Source of the DNA: Gemmata obscuriglobus
GTDB taxonomy: Bacteria; Planctomycetota; Planctomycetia; Gemmatales; Gemmataceae
NCBI RefSeq assembly: GCF_008065095.1
Contig: NZ_CP042911.1
Span: forward strand, 1,260,001 to 1,292,000
Length of the DNA: 32,000 bases
Direction: 5' to 3'
Within the stretch, counting starts at the first letter, position 1; each line of letters starts with the position of its first letter. Below the pieces are notes generated by a model. That model was not told the DNA's origin. It saw nothing but the letters and a program-made list of their open reading frames with translations, and searched no databases. The translations under genes and the position numbers were made by a program. Shown piece by piece: positions 29,331-32,000 of this stretch.

Positions 29331-30482
29331 ATGTTGCCACTCCAAGACCTACTCGCGGAACTGGTCCGCCGGCCGTCCGTCAACCCGATGGGCCGCACCG
29401 ACATCGACCCCGCCGTGACCCACGAGGCGCGCGTGACGGCGCTGATCGAGCACGAGTTCCGCAACCTCGGGTGCCCGTTCCGGCGCCAGCCCGTCGCCCC
29501 GGGCCGCGACAACATCGTCGCGACGTACGAGCCGCCGGCCCCGGCCCCGTTCCACGTCATGTTCGAGGCCCACCAGGACACCGTCCCGGTGGACGGGATG
29601 ACCGTCGAGCCGTTCGGCGCGCGGGTCGAGGGCGGGCGCATGTACGGCCGCGGGGCGTGCGACGTGAAGGCCGGGGCGGCGGTCATGCTGACGGCCTTCG
29701 CGCGGCTGGTGCGCGAGCGGCCCGCCGGCTCCGCGCGGGTCACGCTCGCGTTCACCGTGGACGAGGAGCACAGCGGCCTCGGGGTGCAGGCCCTGGTGGA
29801 CGCCGGGCCGCGGCCCGATTACGCGATCGTGGCCGAGCCCACGCGGCTCGACATCGTCAACGCGCACAAGGGCGTCGTGCGGTGGACGCTCGAAACGGCC
29901 GGCACGGCGGTCCACAGCTCGCGCCCCGACCTGGGGGTGAACGCGGTGTACCGCATGGCCCGGCTGCTCCGCGGCGTCGAGGAGTACGCCCAGCAGCTCC
30001 AGGGCCTTCCGCCGGACCCGCTGCTGGGGCCGCGGACAATCGCCGTCGGGCGGGTCGGCGGCGGGGTGTCGCCCAACACCGTGCCCGACTTCTGCCGCGC
30101 CGACGTGGACCGCCGGCTGCTGCCGGGCGAGACCCCGGAGGGCGCCGGTGCGGCACTCGAAGCCTTCCTGAAGGCGTTCCCGGGTGTGGACTTCCCGTTC
30201 GCCCTCGTGCGCAACTCGGCGGGGTGCCTGCCGCTCGGCCCGGTGCTGTCCGGCGACCTCGTGAAGCGGTTCGGCGCAACCATCGACGCCGTGACCGGCG
30301 GGCACGAGGTGCGCGGCGTCCCGTTCGGCACCGACGCCGCGACCATCGCCGCCGCGGGCGTCCCGGCGGTCATCTTCGGCCCGGGCGACATCGCTCAGGC
30401 CCACACGAAGGACGAGTGGATCGATTTGAGCCAGTTGGAACCGGCCGCCGAGATCCTGTTCCGCTTCGCGTGCGGAAAATGA
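29331..30482 (+). CDS. M20 family metallopeptidase (ArgE/DapE-like deacylase)
   Basis: Family blocks: EAHQDTVP, GRGACDVKAG, FTVDEEHSG, VAEPT, and C-terminal FGPGDIAQAHTKDEWI. Confidence 0.85.
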   Translation: MLPLQDLLAELVRRPSVNPMGRTDIDPAVTHEARVTALIEHEFRNLGCPFRRQPVAPGRDNIVATYEPPAPAPFHVMFEAHQDTVPVDGMTVEPFGARVEGGRMYGRGACDVKAGAAVMLTAFARLVRERPAGSARVTLAFTVDEEHSGLGVQALVDAGPRPDYAIVAEPTRLDIVNAHKGVVRWTLETAGTAVHSSRPDLGVNAVYRMARLLRGVEEYAQQLQGLPPDPLLGPRTIAVGRVGGGVSPNTVPDFCRADVDRRLLPGETPEGAGAALEAFLKAFPGVDFPFALVRNSAGCLPLGPVLSGDLVKRFGATIDAVTGGHEVRGVPFGTDAATIAAAGVPAVIFGPGDIAQAHTKDEWIDLSQLEPAAEILFRFACGK

Positions 30483-30591
30483 CGGCCCGCGGGCCTCGCA
30501 GAAGTGCAGAACTCTTTCCGTTTTGCGCCGGCGCGCGCTACATTAGTTCAAACGGTCCGCAATCGCACACACACTCTCACCGGGGAACGTC

Positions 30592-30762
30592 ATGAGCATC
30601 GTTCGCATGGGTATGTCCGAAGACAGCAAGTTCGCGGAAGGGTACGACGCGATCTTCGGCAAGAAGACGGCCAAGAAGTCGGCCGCCAAGAAGCCGGCGC
30701 CCGCCGCCAAGAAGCCGGCGCCCGCCGCCAAGAAGCCGGCGCCCGCCACCAAGAAGAAGTGA
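30592..30762 (+). CDS. Small (56 aa) basic protein with three tandem AKKPAPA repeats; not in the supplied ORF track
   Basis: ATG at 30592 to TGA at 30760-30762 encodes MSIVRMGMSEDSKFAEGYDAIFGKKTAKKSAAKKPAPAAKKPAPAAKKPAPATKKK. G/C third-position bias is good, and a 21-nt unit GCCAAGAAGCCGGCGCCCGCC repeats. Longer track ORFs in other frames and strands across this stretch look like artefacts. Confidence 0.5.
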   Translation: MSIVRMGMSEDSKFAEGYDAIFGKKTAKKSAAKKPAPAAKKPAPAAKKPAPATKKK

Positions 30763-31019
30763 GCCGGGTCGGTGGGGCGACGACTCACCGCTCCCGCTGT
30801 TGGCACCACGAATCACCGCCCCGATGGGGCACAAACTCGCGTCCACTTCTGCCGCACAGGGCGCACGCCCTGCGCGACGACAAACGAACCGGACCGCCGC
30901 TCTTAACGCCTCTCCGGCGCCCCGGTCCTTCACCTCCGGCGCCCGAGGGGGCGGACCCGTCCTGCGGGCGCCGGAAGCGTATCGGTTCCAATAGCCCCAG
31001 TCCAGTGGCGGAGGGCCGG

Positions 31020-31622
31020 GTGGCAAAGGTGAACGTTGCCGAGTGCTGGTCGCAGATCGAACAGTGGCTGGCCGCGAACGTGCCGGCGGCCGTTCCGATG
31101 TTGCCGCCCGGCGCGTCCGCGGCGGCGTTCGCCCGAGCCGAGGAGGTTCTCGGTTACGCGCTCCCACAGGAGGTGAAGGAGTTCCTGGCGATCCACGACG
31201 GGAGCGCCAACCTGTGGCTGCACGACCGCGGCGAGTTCATGTCCCTGGACGACATCCTGACCGCCTGGGACCAGGAGTTCGACCTGTGGGGCGACGGCAG
31301 CAACGACGAGTGGGCCAACCCACAGGGGCCGATCAAGAAGAAGTGGTTCACACGCAAGTGGCTGCCGATCCTCGACGCCCGGACCGGTGACCACGTTTGC
31401 GTCGATCTGGACCCTCCCAAGGGCGGCAAGAGGGGGCAGCTTATCGCCTGGTATCACGACGGCGGTCCGACCGAGGTCCTCGCCCTAAGCTTCGGCGCAC
31501 TGCTCGCCGGATTCGTGGCGGAGCTGGCGGCCGGGCGGTACACGCCCCGGCTCGATCAGACCGGGCAACCGTACCTGGAGTACGCCGCCGATGCCGAACC
31601 CGGCGCGGCGCCGGCCCCGTGA
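31020..31622 (+). CDS. SMI1/KNR4 (SUKH-1) family protein
   Basis: Pattern typical of SMI1_KNR4: IEQWLAANVP..., AEEVLGYALPQEVKEFLAIHDG, and WLPILDARTGDHVCVDLDP...QLIAWYHDG. A GTG at 31020 lies 5 nt after GGAGG; a GTG at 31029 is an alternative. Confidence 0.75.
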   Translation: MAKVNVAECWSQIEQWLAANVPAAVPMLPPGASAAAFARAEEVLGYALPQEVKEFLAIHDGSANLWLHDRGEFMSLDDILTAWDQEFDLWGDGSNDEWANPQGPIKKKWFTRKWLPILDARTGDHVCVDLDPPKGGKRGQLIAWYHDGGPTEVLALSFGALLAGFVAELAAGRYTPRLDQTGQPYLEYAADAEPGAAPAP

Positions 31623-31735
31623 TCTGTTTCCCGCTGCGAACTGGCTTGCGGTTGCAGCGCAGCTTTTGCTCGCCGATCAGGTGAGCTTGTTCGTTCGGTC
31701 ACAGAAAGGTAATCGGGGTTACAAGGAGGTGCCTG

Positions 31736-32000
31736 ATGATAGCAGCCGTCGCTCTCCTGTCGCTGGTCGGCGGTATTGACCCCGGCCCAAAGACGTGGCC
31801 ACTCCAAGCGGACGTGGCGAAGCCTGTCGTCGTCCCCCTCATTCGTGCCGACGCCGAGAGAGTTGCCGCACGGCTGCGCGCGCGGTTCGGGGTGAAAGTC
31901 GTCGCCGATAAGGCGTCGAACACCGTCTTCGTGTGGGCGAACGCCGGGCATGTCGAGAGAGTGAGGGCTCTCCTCGCGGGGCTCGACACGCCTCAGTACA
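31736..32000 (+). CDS. 5' part of a gene for a secreted protein with a secretin-N-like short domain; it runs off the window end
   Basis: ATG at 31736 is preceded by AAGGAGG. The N-terminus is signal-like (MIAAVALLSLVGG). VVVPLIRADAERVAARLRARFGVKVVADKASNTVFVWANAGHVERVRALLAGLD resembles the repeated N-domain of secretins. It is absent from the ORF track because no stop codon falls within the window. Confidence 0.5.
   Translation, partial: MIAAVALLSLVGGIDPGPKTWPLQADVAKPVVVPLIRADAERVAARLRARFGVKVVADKASNTVFVWANAGHVERVRALLAGLDTPQY

Noticed and set aside
26998-29340. 780-aa ORF on the minus strand
   Set aside because: It is a read-through. The real lipoprotein starts at 27951. The upstream portion overlaps sucC out of frame and has Arg/Gly/Pro-rich shadow composition.
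30504-31019. The N-terminal 170 codons of the 372-aa ORF 30504..31622
   Set aside because: This part runs out of frame across the small AKKPAPA-repeat ORF and has shadow composition. SMI1/KNR4 features and an RBS-preceded GTG start appear only from about 31020.

Overview
This is a high-GC chromosomal segment that looks planctomycete (Gemmataceae-like). The basis is a DUF1559 prepilin-type gene, a DUF1501 gene with a TAT signal, and many lipoprotein and secreted hypothetical genes. I support about 26 protein genes. Recognisable ones are larB, an FHA-GGDEF diguanylate cyclase, cardiolipin synthase, an MDR oxidoreductase, a transglutaminase-like protein, an HpcH/HpaI aldolase, a TolB-like beta-propeller, a BCS1-type AAA+ ATPase, sucC and sucD, an M20 peptidase and an SMI1/KNR4 protein.

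The stand-out locus is 7.7-10.2 kb. It holds a tandem array of four circularly permuted tRNA-like modules with anticodon-loop sequences CAU, UUU, UAA and CGA. In each module the T-arm and the 3' acceptor strand lie upstream of the matching 5' acceptor strand and D-arm, and the acceptor helix is closed by a 3-6 nt loop. The modules are bracketed by covarying flank helices and conserved GTAC-containing spacers, and the array ends in an intrinsic terminator. A gene whose product reads as a Ro60/Rsr-like TROVE + vWA(MIDAS) protein follows immediately.

My best reading is an unusually elaborate multi-module Y-RNA (YrlA-type tRNA mimic)/Ro RNP locus. The alternative is genuinely permuted tRNA genes, which would be unprecedented in bacteria.

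Other points:
- The Ro60-like gene carries three in-frame copies of a G-rich palindromic repeat.
- Three unrelated families of long perfect palindromic or inverted repeats sit at gene 3' ends (about 4.5-4.75 kb, 7.41-7.49 kb, 10.27-10.35 kb).
- There is an IS66-like transposase remnant with a low-GC island, and a catalytically degenerate SF1-helicase-like coiled-coil protein.
- sucC and sucD are split by a lipoprotein gene.
- A small Lys/Ala/Pro-repeat ORF is missing from the ORF track.

Many long ORFs in the track are high-GC antisense shadows or read-throughs, and I reject them.
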